A DNA stretch of 64,000 nt. It comes from an uncultured Nitrospiraceae bacterium (lineage in GTDB: Bacteria; Nitrospirota; Thermodesulfovibrionia; Thermodesulfovibrionales; SM23-35). The notes below the pieces were generated by a model that saw nothing but the letters and a program-made list of their open reading frames with translations, had not been told where the DNA came from and searched no databases. Positions 50,034 through 60,274 of this stretch are shown here, piece after piece (position 1 is the stretch's first letter; each line of letters opens with the position of its first letter). The stretch covers positions 96,001 to 160,000 of the forward strand of contig CAVSHB010000003.1 in assembly GCA_963727775.1 (NCBI GenBank), written 5' to 3'. Made by a program: the position numbers and the translations under genes.

Positions 50034-51297
50034 TATTTTCTCCGTCAAGGCCATAGAGTCTTTTTATCGTCGCGACCAGAATGTCTTTGTTCTCAGAATC
50101 TTCTTTGAGGGCCGCGGTCGGCGGGTGTATGAGTTTGTTGACCAGAGCAGTAGCCATATATTCGATGGCCTCTTTCTCCTTTTGTCCTATACCCTCGATC
50201 TTGTGCAGGAGTTTGTTAAGCTCTTCTTTTTTGATCTCCTCTGCCTTCTCCCTTAATGCCAGAATGGTCGGGACAGAGTCGAGGGAAGCCCGCCATTTGA
50301 CAAAGTTCTCCAGCTCTTCTTCGATTATTTTTTCAGCTTTTTCCGCTTCTTTCCGCCTCTCAAACACATTTGTATCGACCACTCCCTGAAGATCGTCGAC
50401 ATTATACAGATAAACATTCTCAAGGTCGTTTATCTCCGGATCGATGTTTCTCGGTACCGATATATCGATAATGAATACCTGCCTGTGCTTTCTCTCCTTC
50501 ATCACTTTCTGCATCTGGACTTTTGAGAGGACATAATTCGGCGCCCCGGTTGAACAGATGACAATGTCGGTACGCGCCATCTCCCGGATAAAGTCATCAA
50601 ACGGGACGGGTCTTCCGTTAAATTCCTTTGCCAGATCACAGGCGCGATTGTATGTCCTGTTCGATACAAGGACTTCCTTCACCCCGCTGCTGATCAGGTG
50701 CTTGGCGGCAAGTTCGGCCATCTCACCCGCCCCCAAAAGCATGAATACCCTTTTTGAGAGATCGGTAAATATCTTCTTTGCGAGTTCAACAGCCGCAAAG
50801 CTTATGGAGACGGCATTCTCCGCAATCCTTGTTTCAGTCCTCACCCTCTTTGCTACCGATATCGCTTTTTTCAGCAGCTTGTTCAGGAGGACGCCGGTGG
50901 TCTTTTTCGATAGGGCCAATTCGAATGCAGCCTTCAACTGACCGAGGATCTGGGGTTCACCGACTACCATTGAGTCAAGGCTCGAGGCGACCCTGAAGAT
51001 ATGTTTCACTGCCTGCATATCGTCATAAATATAGAGGGCGTTATCCAGCGAGCTTTTGTTTATGCTGTGAAACTCCGAAAGGAATGTCCTGACGGCTTCA
51101 GACGCCTTTTCCGCGTCCCTGACGTTCGCGTAAAGCTCCACGCGGTTGCACGTGGAAAGTATGATGGCCTCGTCAACCTCTGGAAGCTCTCTGAACCGTG
51201 TGAGGCCCTCTTCGAGTTTAGGCCCGTTGAATGCCAGTTTCTCCCTGACATCTACATCGGCAATCTTGTGATTGAGTCCTACGACAAAAGCTTTCAT
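50020..51297 (-). CDS. hemA: Glutamyl-tRNA reductase
   Basis: VVGLNHK, LSTCNRVE, SLDSMVVGEPQILGQ, GAGEM, DISVPRNI; start MKAFVV at 51297. Confidence 0.97.
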   Translation of the reverse strand: MKAFVVGLNHKIADVDVREKLAFNGPKLEEGLTRFRELPEVDEAIILSTCNRVELYANVRDAEKASEAVRTFLSEFHSINKSSLDNALYIYDDMQAVKHIFRVASSLDSMVVGEPQILGQLKAAFELALSKKTTGVLLNKLLKKAISVAKRVRTETRIAENAVSISFAAVELAKKIFTDLSKRVFMLLGAGEMAELAAKHLISSGVKEVLVSNRTYNRACDLAKEFNGRPVPFDDFIREMARTDIVICSTGAPNYVLSKVQMQKVMKERKHRQVFIIDISVPRNIDPEINDLENVYLYNVDDLQGVVDTNVFERRKEAEKAEKIIEEELENFVKWRASLDSVPTILALREKAEEIKKEELNKLLHKIEGIGQKEKEAIEYMATALVNKLIHPPTAALKEDSENKDILVATIKRLYGLDGENNEET

Positions 51298-52109
51298 AGG
51301 AAAACGTGAAGTCCTTTTTGAAGTATCTTGATCCCGAAAAAGGCGATGAGGATCGACAGAAAGCCGACTATGGATAATAATGCGGCCCTCTTGCCTCTCC
51401 ATCCGGCAACAAGCCTTGCATGAAGAATAATCGCGTAAATAAACCATGTCACCAATGACCACGTCTCTCTCGGGTCCCAGTTCCAGTAACTCCCCCAGGC
51501 GCTCTCCGCCCATAAGGCGCCTGTTATTATTGCAAGCGTAAGCAATGGAAACCCGAAGGTTATGAGCCTGTAATTTATTTCATCCAGAGTCTGCAGGCTC
51601 GGCAGCCTTTCAAACAGCCCGCCGAGATGTTTTGATTTCACATAGTGTTCCTGGACAAGGTACATGACGCCTATGCCGAAGGCCAGCGCAAACGCGGCAT
51701 TCCCGAGAAAGGCAAGGACGGTATGAATGCCGAGCCAGTAACTCTGGAGCACCGGACTTAAAGGTCTTATCTCTCTCGACAGCATTGATGATAAGAGCAT
51801 CAGGATAAAGACAAGCGGCATAATAAATGAGGAAAGGAGGTTGACCTTGTACCTGAATTGCAATATGAAAAAGATCAAGACTATACACCACGAGAAAAAC
51901 GACGTTGCTTCATGGGGGTTTGTTATGGGGATATGTCCCGCAGTCACATAGCGAAAAATGATATTTATGGTATGGACGGCAAAACCGAGGGCAGCCAGCG
52001 AAATCATGATCTTTGAAGTTATCTTCGATTCTTTAAAGAGTTCGGTAACGCTGACGACCGTCGCGGCAAAATAAAAGGTCAGGGCAAGTTCAAAAAGTAT
52101 CACTCCCAT
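51294..52109 (-). CDS. ccsA: Cytochrome c biogenesis protein CcsA/CcsB (system II)
   Basis: LQSYWLGIH, TGALWAESAWGSYWNWDPRETW (WWD domain), GLH. Confidence 0.92.
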   Translation of the reverse strand: MGVILFELALTFYFAATVVSVTELFKESKITSKIMISLAALGFAVHTINIIFRYVTAGHIPITNPHEATSFFSWCIVLIFFILQFRYKVNLLSSFIMPLVFILMLLSSMLSREIRPLSPVLQSYWLGIHTVLAFLGNAAFALAFGIGVMYLVQEHYVKSKHLGGLFERLPSLQTLDEINYRLITFGFPLLTLAIITGALWAESAWGSYWNWDPRETWSLVTWFIYAIILHARLVAGWRGKRAALLSIVGFLSILIAFFGIKILQKGLHVFL

Positions 52110-52279
52110 CAGAAACAGCCAAGCTCACAGCTTATAATCTTAACGTTAAGCTCATCGGCAGTCCTGCCGATTTCTTTGTAGGAAACAGTGAGGTCTTGTG
52201 CGATCTTCCTTGCAACAGCGCAAGGCAACCTGTTGTTAACGGCCTTTTTCCGGATTTCTTCTTTTACTTTTTCTTTCAT
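52109..52279 (-). CDS. Small Cys-containing hypothetical protein (56 aa)
   Basis: MKEKVKEEIRKKAVNNRLPCAVARKIAQDL.VSYKEIGRTADELNVKIISCELGCF; its stop overlaps the ccsA start. Confidence 0.75.
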   Translation of the reverse strand: MKEKVKEEIRKKAVNNRLPCAVARKIAQDLTVSYKEIGRTADELNVKIISCELGCF

Positions 52280-52300
52280 TCTGCCTTTGGTTATTTTTGA

Positions 52301-52459
52301 TTATTCATGAAGTATATCTTAATAATGGCGGACACGGTATTTTCGCTCATTCTCTGGCTGTCGCCCTCCGAGGCAAATTCTGTTTCGATAAATCTTCACA
52401 GAATTTAAAACCGCGAAAATACCGTGTCCGCCATTATTGATTATCATCTTTATGAATAA
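52301..52459. repeat. Structured repeat family, copy C (divergent)
   Basis: TTATTCAT...ATGAATAA termini; stem AATAATGGCGGACACGGTATTTT/AAAATACCGTGTCCGCCATTATT; core CGCTCATTCTC..CCTCCGAGG..AAATTCT..AGAATTTAAA.CCGC. Confidence 0.85.
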
Positions 52460-52565
52460 AGTGGAATAAAGCGCTCAACCGCAGCGCCGTTCTCTATAAA
52501 AATATTACAACATCGGCCTATAAAACTCAATTGAACGAATATGCATAACGTTTCATTTCCAGATA

Positions 52566-52710
52566 TATTCATAAGATTGCCGGCAGATACAGTATTTAAG
52601 CGGCTTTAAATTCTTTCAAAGAAAGAAGTTACCTCGGAGGCCAGATTTGTACCGGGCCGAGAATGAGCGCAAATACTGTATCTGTCGGCACACGCAAATT
52701 TTATGAATAA
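52566..52710. repeat. Structured repeat family, copy D
   Basis: TATTCATAA...TTATGAATA termini; stem TGCCGGCAGATACAGTATTT/AAATACTGTATCTGTCGGCA. Confidence 0.9.
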
Positions 52711-52863
52711 AGTGGGTTAGGGCGCTTGCCGATCATGAGCCGGGTGATAAAAACAGCAGCAGATTGAGTTTATAAGCACGAACTATGTAATCCATTACAT
52801 AGTTTAATGAAAATATTTTCCCACACCAGTTTTAAAATAACGTTATTTCAATTAGTTACAAAA

Positions 52864-52879
52864 TGGTATGACAATTGCT
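52864..52879 (+). promoter_or_regulatory. sigma54 (-24/-12) promoter of the pilus cluster
   Basis: TGGTATGACAATTGCT; upstream palindrome ACTATGTAAT-CC-ATTACATAGT at 52782-52803. Confidence 0.65.
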
Positions 52880-52948
52880 TAATACTAACAGATTAAGTTC
52901 GTACAACTATGACGTTCTCTATAAATGCAGCTTTAGTGAGGTTAAATT

Positions 52949-53275
52949 ATGGAAAGAAAGAAAAAATTTTTACCGGCGTTAATTTTATTTCTTGCCTTTT
53001 CGGTTTTGAATATCTCTTTGGTGGGAGCGGGGGACGAGCTTTATCTGACCGGCATTCTGAAAAGTGTCAGTGTCCAGGCGGACAAAATTTCGGGCACAAT
53101 TGTGGTGGACGTGAAGTCCCAGAGCTGCCCGGGTTTGAGGACATTCAGTCTTGACGATGCCGTTAGACTGAAGGGACTTGAGGGGAAAAAGTTCTCTTTT
53201 GGCATCAATAGTTCGTCCTGCAAAGGCAATACGGTATATAAAATTATATCACCAATAATCAGGAACGGGGGATGA
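52949..53275 (+). CDS. Exported hypothetical protein, first gene of the pilus cluster
   Basis: Signal peptide and two Cys; stop overlaps the pilY1 start. Confidence 0.7.
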   Translation: MERKKKFLPALILFLAFSVLNISLVGAGDELYLTGILKSVSVQADKISGTIVVDVKSQSCPGLRTFSLDDAVRLKGLEGKKFSFGINSSSCKGNTVYKIISPIIRNGG

Positions 53276-56200
53276 ATATGGTGAAGAAATATCTTTTTAC
53301 GCTATTTACGGTTTTGATAAGTCTTGCGCTGTCGGGCGCATTCTCTTACAGCTATTCAGCCGCGCCTATGGGTTCTTATTGCCAGACGCCTCCTGTGGTC
53401 GCCTCTGCGGTGCAGCCCAATATCATGATTACTCAGGATGTGAGCGGCAGCATGAGCTGGTGCGGTTATTTCTCCCAGGCGGGTCAGAATTTTACATGTA
53501 CTCCGAGTAATAGTTGCACTCTTCCTATCTCATGCACCCAGAGCAGCTCGGGATCCTGCCAACAAATGGCTTGTGACCCCAATTGCACTTGTTCGGTAAG
53601 CCAGAATGCATGTGCCTCAACTGCCGACTGTGGGGGTGGGACGGCGGACACATGCCCCAGCAGTTGCGGCTACATTTCTACCACAACATATGATGGGTAT
53701 TTCAACCCGTCGAAATTTTATGATCAGGATTCGAACCTCATATGGCAGGAATGGACGTCGGGAAGCACGTGTAAGGTAGTTCCCAGTAAGGCCACATGCT
53801 ATACGACTCAAACGAACTATAATAACAGTTGTGTTCTAAAGGGCAGCACGTACGGCAGTGGCGCATACCCCGGTGCTGCGGCTTGCTCTCTTATCCCTAC
53901 CTGTAATAAAAGCGGCAATTACTGTTGTGCCACAGACACCACGCAATCGGGCAACTGCGGCAGTGCCTCGGGTAATTTCCTCAACTATATGCACATGCAT
54001 CGAATCGACATGCTTCGCTGGGCAATGACCGGAGGGACTCCGGCCAGTTGTACGTCGACAAATGCATACAAGCCCCTCTATTGTGATGCGGAGCAGTGGC
54101 AGACCGCTACCGCGACCGGGCAGGTGGGCGCTGCATGTACAGGGTCCGTATCCGGAACCGGCTGTTGCGGTGTTAATAACCTTTTGAACGGTGACAGCGT
54201 GTACCAAAGCGGGTGTGTCCTTAAAACCGCTGACGGATTCTCAGTCAAGGTCCCGTGGAGGAGGATTAACGGTTCCTGCAGTATCGGTTCTTCAACCAAC
54301 GTTACTCCCGCACTCTGCACAAGCGCCGGCGGATTGTGGACAACTTCCGGCGGCCTGGCCTATACCTTCATGACGCTTCCCGTGGTCCCAAGAATGGGTC
54401 TATTGGCCTTCGAAGATACTGGGCCAGTAGATGGGGTCTATATCGGGGATTATACGGCTACCGGAAGTACTACTAATGATCCGAATTCCATCAGCCTTTC
54501 ATTCCCCTACCAGAATCTCATCAGTCATATAAATTCAATACCGCCCCAAAATGGCACGCCCACCGGTCCGGCCCTATGGGATGTTTATAATTACTTTCAG
54601 CAGAACACGCCCAAATATACTGATAGTGGTTCTGCTGTCGCTTCTTTCAAAGGACTTACACCCCAGACCTCAACTTCGAGCACGGACATCTGGAGAAATC
54701 CCATGTATGACTGCGGGACGGGCGGTACAAATTGCGTTTTTGTACCCTGCGCAGGGAACTACGTGATCCTGATGTCGGATGGTGGGTGGAACACCCCGTC
54801 ATGCAGCATTAGTGGCAGTACCTCCTGTACAACAGCTACCAATGCGGACCCTGTTGTCCCTGCTTACTGCATGCATAATACCTTTTTGAATACCAAAAGC
54901 TCCATGTCGGCCAAAGTGAATTCGGTATACACCATTTCGCTTTTCCCGAGCTCATGTTCGATTTCAAAGACTCTATGCCAATCAACTTCAAACTGTACGG
55001 GAGGTACGGGCAACACTTGCGTGCTGGGGTACGGGGGCACGGCCTTGGAGAACGTATCAATGTACGGCTCCTTTAACAATTCGCAAAAAACCTGGCCGGG
55101 TAGTTTGACCGGCTTCCCTGCAACTTCCTGTACAGATAGCGTCGACTGTTCAAGTAGTGCCCAAGGGAGTCTATGTACGGCGCTGCCTGCTTCGTCCCCT
55201 GACTGGGACGCAAATGTGGATGGAATTCCGGACACTGCTTATACTGCCGTAAGTGCGTCGCAGATCAAAAGCGGCATCTTGACCGCGGTTCAGAGTATAC
55301 TTCAGCAGTCGACTTCCGGAACGGCGGCTTCTATTCTCGCAACCGGCCAGGGAAGCGGCGCAAATCTCGTGCAAGCGGTTTTCTATCCTCTGAAGCCTTT
55401 TGCCGACGCAAATGTCTCGTGGATAGGGGAGATGCAGAACCTGTGGTATTATATTGACCCGAAACTGCAGGTGAACAGCATAAGGGATGACACGGTCCAC
55501 GACTGGATATTGGAGCTCAAACAGGATAACGTAATCGTATTCAATTTCGATACCAGCACTAACCAAACAGTGGCGAATTTGTTCACGGACGCCACCGGAA
55601 CCGGCAATCCCGTGACTTTTCGGATTACAGAGCCGCTGGCTCAGGTTAATAACCTGTGGGAGGCGGGAACCATGTTGTGGTCCAGAAACCTGACAAGTCT
55701 TCCGAGGACCCTCTACACCTCAACGACCGGCAGCTCATTGACAAATTTCAGTACAACAAATGCATCAACTTTGCAGAACTATTTGCAGGCTTCTTCGACG
55801 CAGGAGGCGACGAATCTTATCAATTATACAAGCGGTATCGATGTCCAGTATTGTTCGATTTCCATGAATACGTGCACCTCAAATGCAAACTGCACTGGGG
55901 GTTCAGGGGATACTTGTACTGCATACAGACCGAGGACTGCTGCACTATCGACGACGGCCCCGAATAATACGGACAAAGTCTGGAAGTTGGGAGACGTCAT
56001 CTCATCAACTCCGATAATCGAATCATGGATACCACTTAATACTTATTATTTGGCCTATCACGACCAGAGTTATTATCAATATATACAATCTCTCAATTAT
56101 ACACAGAGGGGAGAGGCATATGCCGGTGCAAACGACGGAATGCTCCATGCCTTCAACTTTGGATTGCTGTCGATAATCAATAGCTCTTCAGACCAGTTCA

Positions 56201-57918
56201 AGATAGCGCAACTAACCAACAATTCAAGCACGTTAGGCCTCGGGGACGAGCAGTGGGCATATATCCCAAAGAATTCGCTACCCTATCTCAGGTACTTAGC
56301 CAGCCCTAACTACTGCCATCTCTTCTATGTGGATGGGGCATCCTATCTCTTTGATGCAAGCATCAATGCGCCTTCAGGGTGCTTGTACAGCGATTATTCT
56401 CTTTGTACGAGGCAAACGAAGTGTCAAGGGAACCCAGTTGTAGGGAACGTAGCGTGCCAAGCGACTGGGGCTGCGTCAACCAATACTCTGGATTTGACCA
56501 ATACAAGCTGGCGGACGATCGTTATCGGATACATGGGAACGGGCGGCGCATGCAGGCAGACCGCAGGCAGTTGCAGTGTGAAAGTCTGTTCTCAGCATTC
56601 CGGGACGACATGTACCGCGAACAGTAATTGTCCGAATTATTCCACTGGCGGCGAAACATGCCTGCCTGCTTGCGTATTGGCGCCCACCACGGACCCCTTC
56701 AACACTGCGAACAGCCTGGGGTATTCAACCTATTTTGCCCTGGATGTCACAACGCCCACGAGTCCGGCCCTTTTATGGGAGTTTTCCGACCCCGGCCTCG
56801 GGTTTTCGACGGCCGGACCAGCTGTGGTGAGGGTCAACGGCAACGCACCGGCATCGACGGCCAACAGCAGCACGAACGGCAAGTGGTTCGTTGTCCTTGC
56901 TTCCGGCCCTACAGGCCCCATAGATCCGGCATCCTACCAGTTCCTGGGGAGCTCAGACCAGCACCTCATGCTATATATCCTTGACCTGAAAACCGGCGCC
57001 TTGCTGAGGACCATCGATACGGGACTGACGAACGCCTTTGCCGGTTCTATGTTGGATGCTACTATTGATACCGACAGTTGGAATTCCGGCTCGACGGGGG
57101 CCTACGAGGACAATGTGATTTATATTCCTTACACGCAACTGTCCGGAGGGAGCTGGGTGGGTGGGGTGTTGAGACTGACAACCGGGGGAAGTGCAGGCGA
57201 AGACTCTAATGTTAATAACTGGAAATTGAGCACCGTAATAACCGTCCCCGGAGCTGTCACCGCAAGTGTCTCTCATGTCCAGGATTTTACAAATCACAAA
57301 TTGTGGCTCTTTTTCGGGACGGGCAGGTATTTCTATAAAATAGGCAGCACCATCGATGACGCGAATACTCAACAGTATATTTACGGAATAAAAGATCCAT
57401 GTTACTCGGACTCAAATGTGACCCCGGATACATACGATATGTCTTGTACAAGCTCTGTTTCTGTCTCTGGTCTGAACAATTCGACAACGACCCCTCCGTC
57501 TACGGAAGCGGCCACGGGGTGGTACATAAAACTTGACGGTTCAGGAACCACTTACATGGCGGAAAGGGTAGTTACCAATCCCATTGGAGCATTTACTGGC
57601 GCCGTGTTCTTCCCGAGCTTTGAGCCCTCTTCCACCCCATGCGGATTCAGCGGGAATACATTTCTCTGGGCGGTAAATTACAATACGGGAGGGTCTCCGC
57701 CCGCTGCGGCCCTTCAGGGAATGGCATTGATTCAAGTATCCACAGGACAGGTGGAGCAGGTGTCGATGTCGACTGCGTTCTCGGATAAGGTCCCCAGTGG
57801 CGGAACTCAGGGCAGAAGGTCACTACCTTTTACGGGCCTCCCTCCAAAAGGCAAGGGTTTGTCTGTGGTCACTAGTCCGCCACCCGTGAAAAAGATCTTA
57901 CATATGCAGCAAAAATGA
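53272..57918 (+). CDS. pilY1: Type IV pilus tip adhesin PilY1/PilC
   Basis: Signal peptide, PNIMITQDVSGSM (MIDAS-like), KLGDVISSTP, AGANDGMLHAF, EQWAYIP, VDG, LFFGTGRY. Confidence 0.9.
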   Translation: MNMVKKYLFTLFTVLISLALSGAFSYSYSAAPMGSYCQTPPVVASAVQPNIMITQDVSGSMSWCGYFSQAGQNFTCTPSNSCTLPISCTQSSSGSCQQMACDPNCTCSVSQNACASTADCGGGTADTCPSSCGYISTTTYDGYFNPSKFYDQDSNLIWQEWTSGSTCKVVPSKATCYTTQTNYNNSCVLKGSTYGSGAYPGAAACSLIPTCNKSGNYCCATDTTQSGNCGSASGNFLNYMHMHRIDMLRWAMTGGTPASCTSTNAYKPLYCDAEQWQTATATGQVGAACTGSVSGTGCCGVNNLLNGDSVYQSGCVLKTADGFSVKVPWRRINGSCSIGSSTNVTPALCTSAGGLWTTSGGLAYTFMTLPVVPRMGLLAFEDTGPVDGVYIGDYTATGSTTNDPNSISLSFPYQNLISHINSIPPQNGTPTGPALWDVYNYFQQNTPKYTDSGSAVASFKGLTPQTSTSSTDIWRNPMYDCGTGGTNCVFVPCAGNYVILMSDGGWNTPSCSISGSTSCTTATNADPVVPAYCMHNTFLNTKSSMSAKVNSVYTISLFPSSCSISKTLCQSTSNCTGGTGNTCVLGYGGTALENVSMYGSFNNSQKTWPGSLTGFPATSCTDSVDCSSSAQGSLCTALPASSPDWDANVDGIPDTAYTAVSASQIKSGILTAVQSILQQSTSGTAASILATGQGSGANLVQAVFYPLKPFADANVSWIGEMQNLWYYIDPKLQVNSIRDDTVHDWILELKQDNVIVFNFDTSTNQTVANLFTDATGTGNPVTFRITEPLAQVNNLWEAGTMLWSRNLTSLPRTLYTSTTGSSLTNFSTTNASTLQNYLQASSTQEATNLINYTSGIDVQYCSISMNTCTSNANCTGGSGDTCTAYRPRTAALSTTAPNNTDKVWKLGDVISSTPIIESWIPLNTYYLAYHDQSYYQYIQSLNYTQRGEAYAGANDGMLHAFNFGLLSIINSSSDQFKIAQLTNNSSTLGLGDEQWAYIPKNSLPYLRYLASPNYCHLFYVDGASYLFDASINAPSGCLYSDYSLCTRQTKCQGNPVVGNVACQATGAASTNTLDLTNTSWRTIVIGYMGTGGACRQTAGSCSVKVCSQHSGTTCTANSNCPNYSTGGETCLPACVLAPTTDPFNTANSLGYSTYFALDVTTPTSPALLWEFSDPGLGFSTAGPAVVRVNGNAPASTANSSTNGKWFVVLASGPTGPIDPASYQFLGSSDQHLMLYILDLKTGALLRTIDTGLTNAFAGSMLDATIDTDSWNSGSTGAYEDNVIYIPYTQLSGGSWVGGVLRLTTGGSAGEDSNVNNWKLSTVITVPGAVTASVSHVQDFTNHKLWLFFGTGRYFYKIGSTIDDANTQQYIYGIKDPCYSDSNVTPDTYDMSCTSSVSVSGLNNSTTTPPSTEAATGWYIKLDGSGTTYMAERVVTNPIGAFTGAVFFPSFEPSSTPCGFSGNTFLWAVNYNTGGSPPAAALQGMALIQVSTGQVEQVSMSTAFSDKVPSGGTQGRRSLPFTGLPPKGKGLSVVTSPPPVKKILHMQQK

Positions 57919-58523
57919 AACAGGACGGGGTCACGTTGATAGAGTTAACGATCGTTATCGCCATAATCATTATTCTGGCTGTTGCAGTGGGATTTGAGTT
58001 TACGGGTTGGATGGCGCGGTACAAAGTGGAGAGTCAGATCAAGACGATGCATATTGACCTGATGACCGCCCGCCAAAGGGCGATGGAAAAACTTAATGTA
58101 CAATATGTGGTCCAACTGCCGGCGCTGAACGGGAAAAGCTATACTATCTGTGAAGACGCCAACCTCAATAATATCTGTGACGCTCCTGCGGAGACAACGA
58201 ATTCAACCATCTCGCAGACCCTTTCAAAGAGCGGTCTCAACTATCTCATCACGTGGAACCTGCCGGGAGGAGCGGGAGCGCAGATAGTCATGACCCATAG
58301 CGGATCGGTCCAGACAGCTCAGGGCGCAGGAGGTGCTCTCTTAGACCCGTATGATAACGCCGGCCTCCCTTATAATATCTGGCTCCTCAATCCAAGTACC
58401 ATGGCGGCTTATGGACCCACGGCGACCAACACGGTAAATGAGGTTGATTATGACTGCATCTCGCTGTCCACGACAAGGATTGATGTGGGGAAGTATGACG
58501 GTGCGACCTGTGTTATCAAATAA
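57915..58523 (+). CDS. Minor pilin, FimT/FimU-like
   Basis: Prepilin site G|VTLIEL followed by a hydrophobic helix. Confidence 0.85.
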   Translation: MKQDGVTLIELTIVIAIIIILAVAVGFEFTGWMARYKVESQIKTMHIDLMTARQRAMEKLNVQYVVQLPALNGKSYTICEDANLNNICDAPAETTNSTISQTLSKSGLNYLITWNLPGGAGAQIVMTHSGSVQTAQGAGGALLDPYDNAGLPYNIWLLNPSTMAAYGPTATNTVNEVDYDCISLSTTRIDVGKYDGATCVIK

Positions 58524-58983
58524 TAGAGGGTTCACTCTCATAGAGATGCTGATAGCCATGGTTATCATCCTGGTGTCTATCCTCGGTCTTGTGCAGGCTG
58601 CGTTCCTTTGCATAGACAACAACTTAAAGAACCTCCTCCGGGACGAAGCGGTGAGGATCGGCGAGGAGCAGCTGAATGTGTTCAAGAGTCTACCCGTTAA
58701 CAATGTCCCCTATAATCCACCGAATTCTTCTGGCCTGAAGGCGACGAATAATCAAGCTATATATTTAGGTACTAATATTAATAATGCTATCGTAAGGTAT
58801 TTCGGGACCTTTCCCGGAATCTACGCTGTATATTTGACTATCCAAGATCTGAATGTGGACGGCTCACAAAAGAGCATACAGGTGTATGTCGGGTGGAATT
58901 TTAAGAATGAATCGGCTTTACCGCAGCAGCCTACGAACAAGGAGTTCCAGTATATGATAAGTTCCATAGTGGCGGTTCAATAA
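58495..58983 (+). CDS. Minor pilin, PilV-like
   Basis: RG|FTLIEMLIAMVII. Confidence 0.85.
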   Translation: MTVRPVLSNNRGFTLIEMLIAMVIILVSILGLVQAAFLCIDNNLKNLLRDEAVRIGEEQLNVFKSLPVNNVPYNPPNSSGLKATNNQAIYLGTNINNAIVRYFGTFPGIYAVYLTIQDLNVDGSQKSIQVYVGWNFKNESALPQQPTNKEFQYMISSIVAVQ

Positions 58984-60272
58984 TGATGCGGGATAAGCAC
59001 GGATTCACTCTGGTGGAACTGATAGTCACCCTTGCGGTGTTCATGCTCGTCATCTCCGCCGCCATCTCGATCTTGATCCCCCTTGTGGGCCAGTTTAAAC
59101 GACAGAGCAAGATCGCTGAGACGAACATACAGGGGCTTGTCGGCCTCGAGATTTTAAAAAAGGATCTGGAGCAGGCCGGATACGCTCTTCCCTGGTATTT
59201 CAATAATCCTATTGCCTATACGGAAACCTTAAACAACGGCGTTGCACCTGCAAACCGCGCAGCGGTAACTGACGCGCCGAACAATCCGCCCAGGGCTATA
59301 GCGGCCCTCAACAAGATTACTTTCAACAACCAGCCGGTAAACGGGAATAATAGTATTACCGGAATAGTGACCAATTCTGATTACCTGGTGATCAAGTCTG
59401 TCTCGGTGAGCGGAACCCCCACGGCCCAGAAGTGGAGCTATATATCCACTACGAACATACCGAAGCCAAGGTTATGGGGGACCAACGATCTGTTGAATAC
59501 CGACAATGTTATTGTGATCAATCCTGAGCAAAGTACCTCAAGACTCAGGGTACTGATGAACGACCCTATAAACCCAGCGGCATTTTACACCACCTTCTCC
59601 CAAACGAATTTCCCGGCCGCTTTCTCTCCCAACAACGGCATCCAGATCCCACCAACAATCCCGCCGACCCCGACCCTCACATATATGATATACGGGATTG
59701 ATACCAAGCCTTTGACCATGCCTTTCAATAGGGCCGACTATTTTGTCGGAATTCCTGCCACTTTGCCGACAAGATGTGCTTCCGGTACAGGGGTCCTTTA
59801 CAAAGCCGTCTTAGATCAGGACGGTACGTTCCATCCGAGCAAGACAACACCACTAGTTGACTGCGTGGCCGATATGCAAGTGATCTTCGGACTGGATATG
59901 GACGGGGATGGGACCATCGGCACTTATTCGAATGCGGACGGTTCGACCGCGGGAGATGCAGTGAATATCACCGGGGAGACAGAAGGGGCGGCGGCCTCTG
60001 TGCCGGGAGTACTGACAACCAATCCGGACCTTGCGAACTACAGAAGCAGTGTAGTGGAGGTCAGAGTCTATATTCTTGCCCATGAGGGGCAAAAGGACCC
60101 TACATTTACCTTTCCAGCCGCAATGAATCCGATAAATGTGGGAAGCCTGTGGAATGGTGACACCGCGCAATATGGAAGGCAATTTGACCTTACGACACTT
60201 GGAGACCCCGACTGGATGCGCTACAGGTGGAAGGTGTATACAATGGTTGTGAAACTTCAAAATATGAGGTAA
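58983..60272 (+). CDS. Minor pilin, PilW-like
   Basis: HG|FTLVEL, DLEQAGY, VADMQVIFGLDMDGDG. Confidence 0.85.
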   Translation: MMRDKHGFTLVELIVTLAVFMLVISAAISILIPLVGQFKRQSKIAETNIQGLVGLEILKKDLEQAGYALPWYFNNPIAYTETLNNGVAPANRAAVTDAPNNPPRAIAALNKITFNNQPVNGNNSITGIVTNSDYLVIKSVSVSGTPTAQKWSYISTTNIPKPRLWGTNDLLNTDNVIVINPEQSTSRLRVLMNDPINPAAFYTTFSQTNFPAAFSPNNGIQIPPTIPPTPTLTYMIYGIDTKPLTMPFNRADYFVGIPATLPTRCASGTGVLYKAVLDQDGTFHPSKTTPLVDCVADMQVIFGLDMDGDGTIGTYSNADGSTAGDAVNITGETEGAAASVPGVLTTNPDLANYRSSVVEVRVYILAHEGQKDPTFTFPAAMNPINVGSLWNGDTAQYGRQFDLTTLGDPDWMRYRWKVYTMVVKLQNMR

Positions 60273-60274
60273 AG

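Noticed and set aside
51298..51513. N-terminal extension of HemA shown in the ORF track
   Set aside because: It overlaps ccsA in another frame; HemA homology begins at MKAFVVGLNHK (51297)
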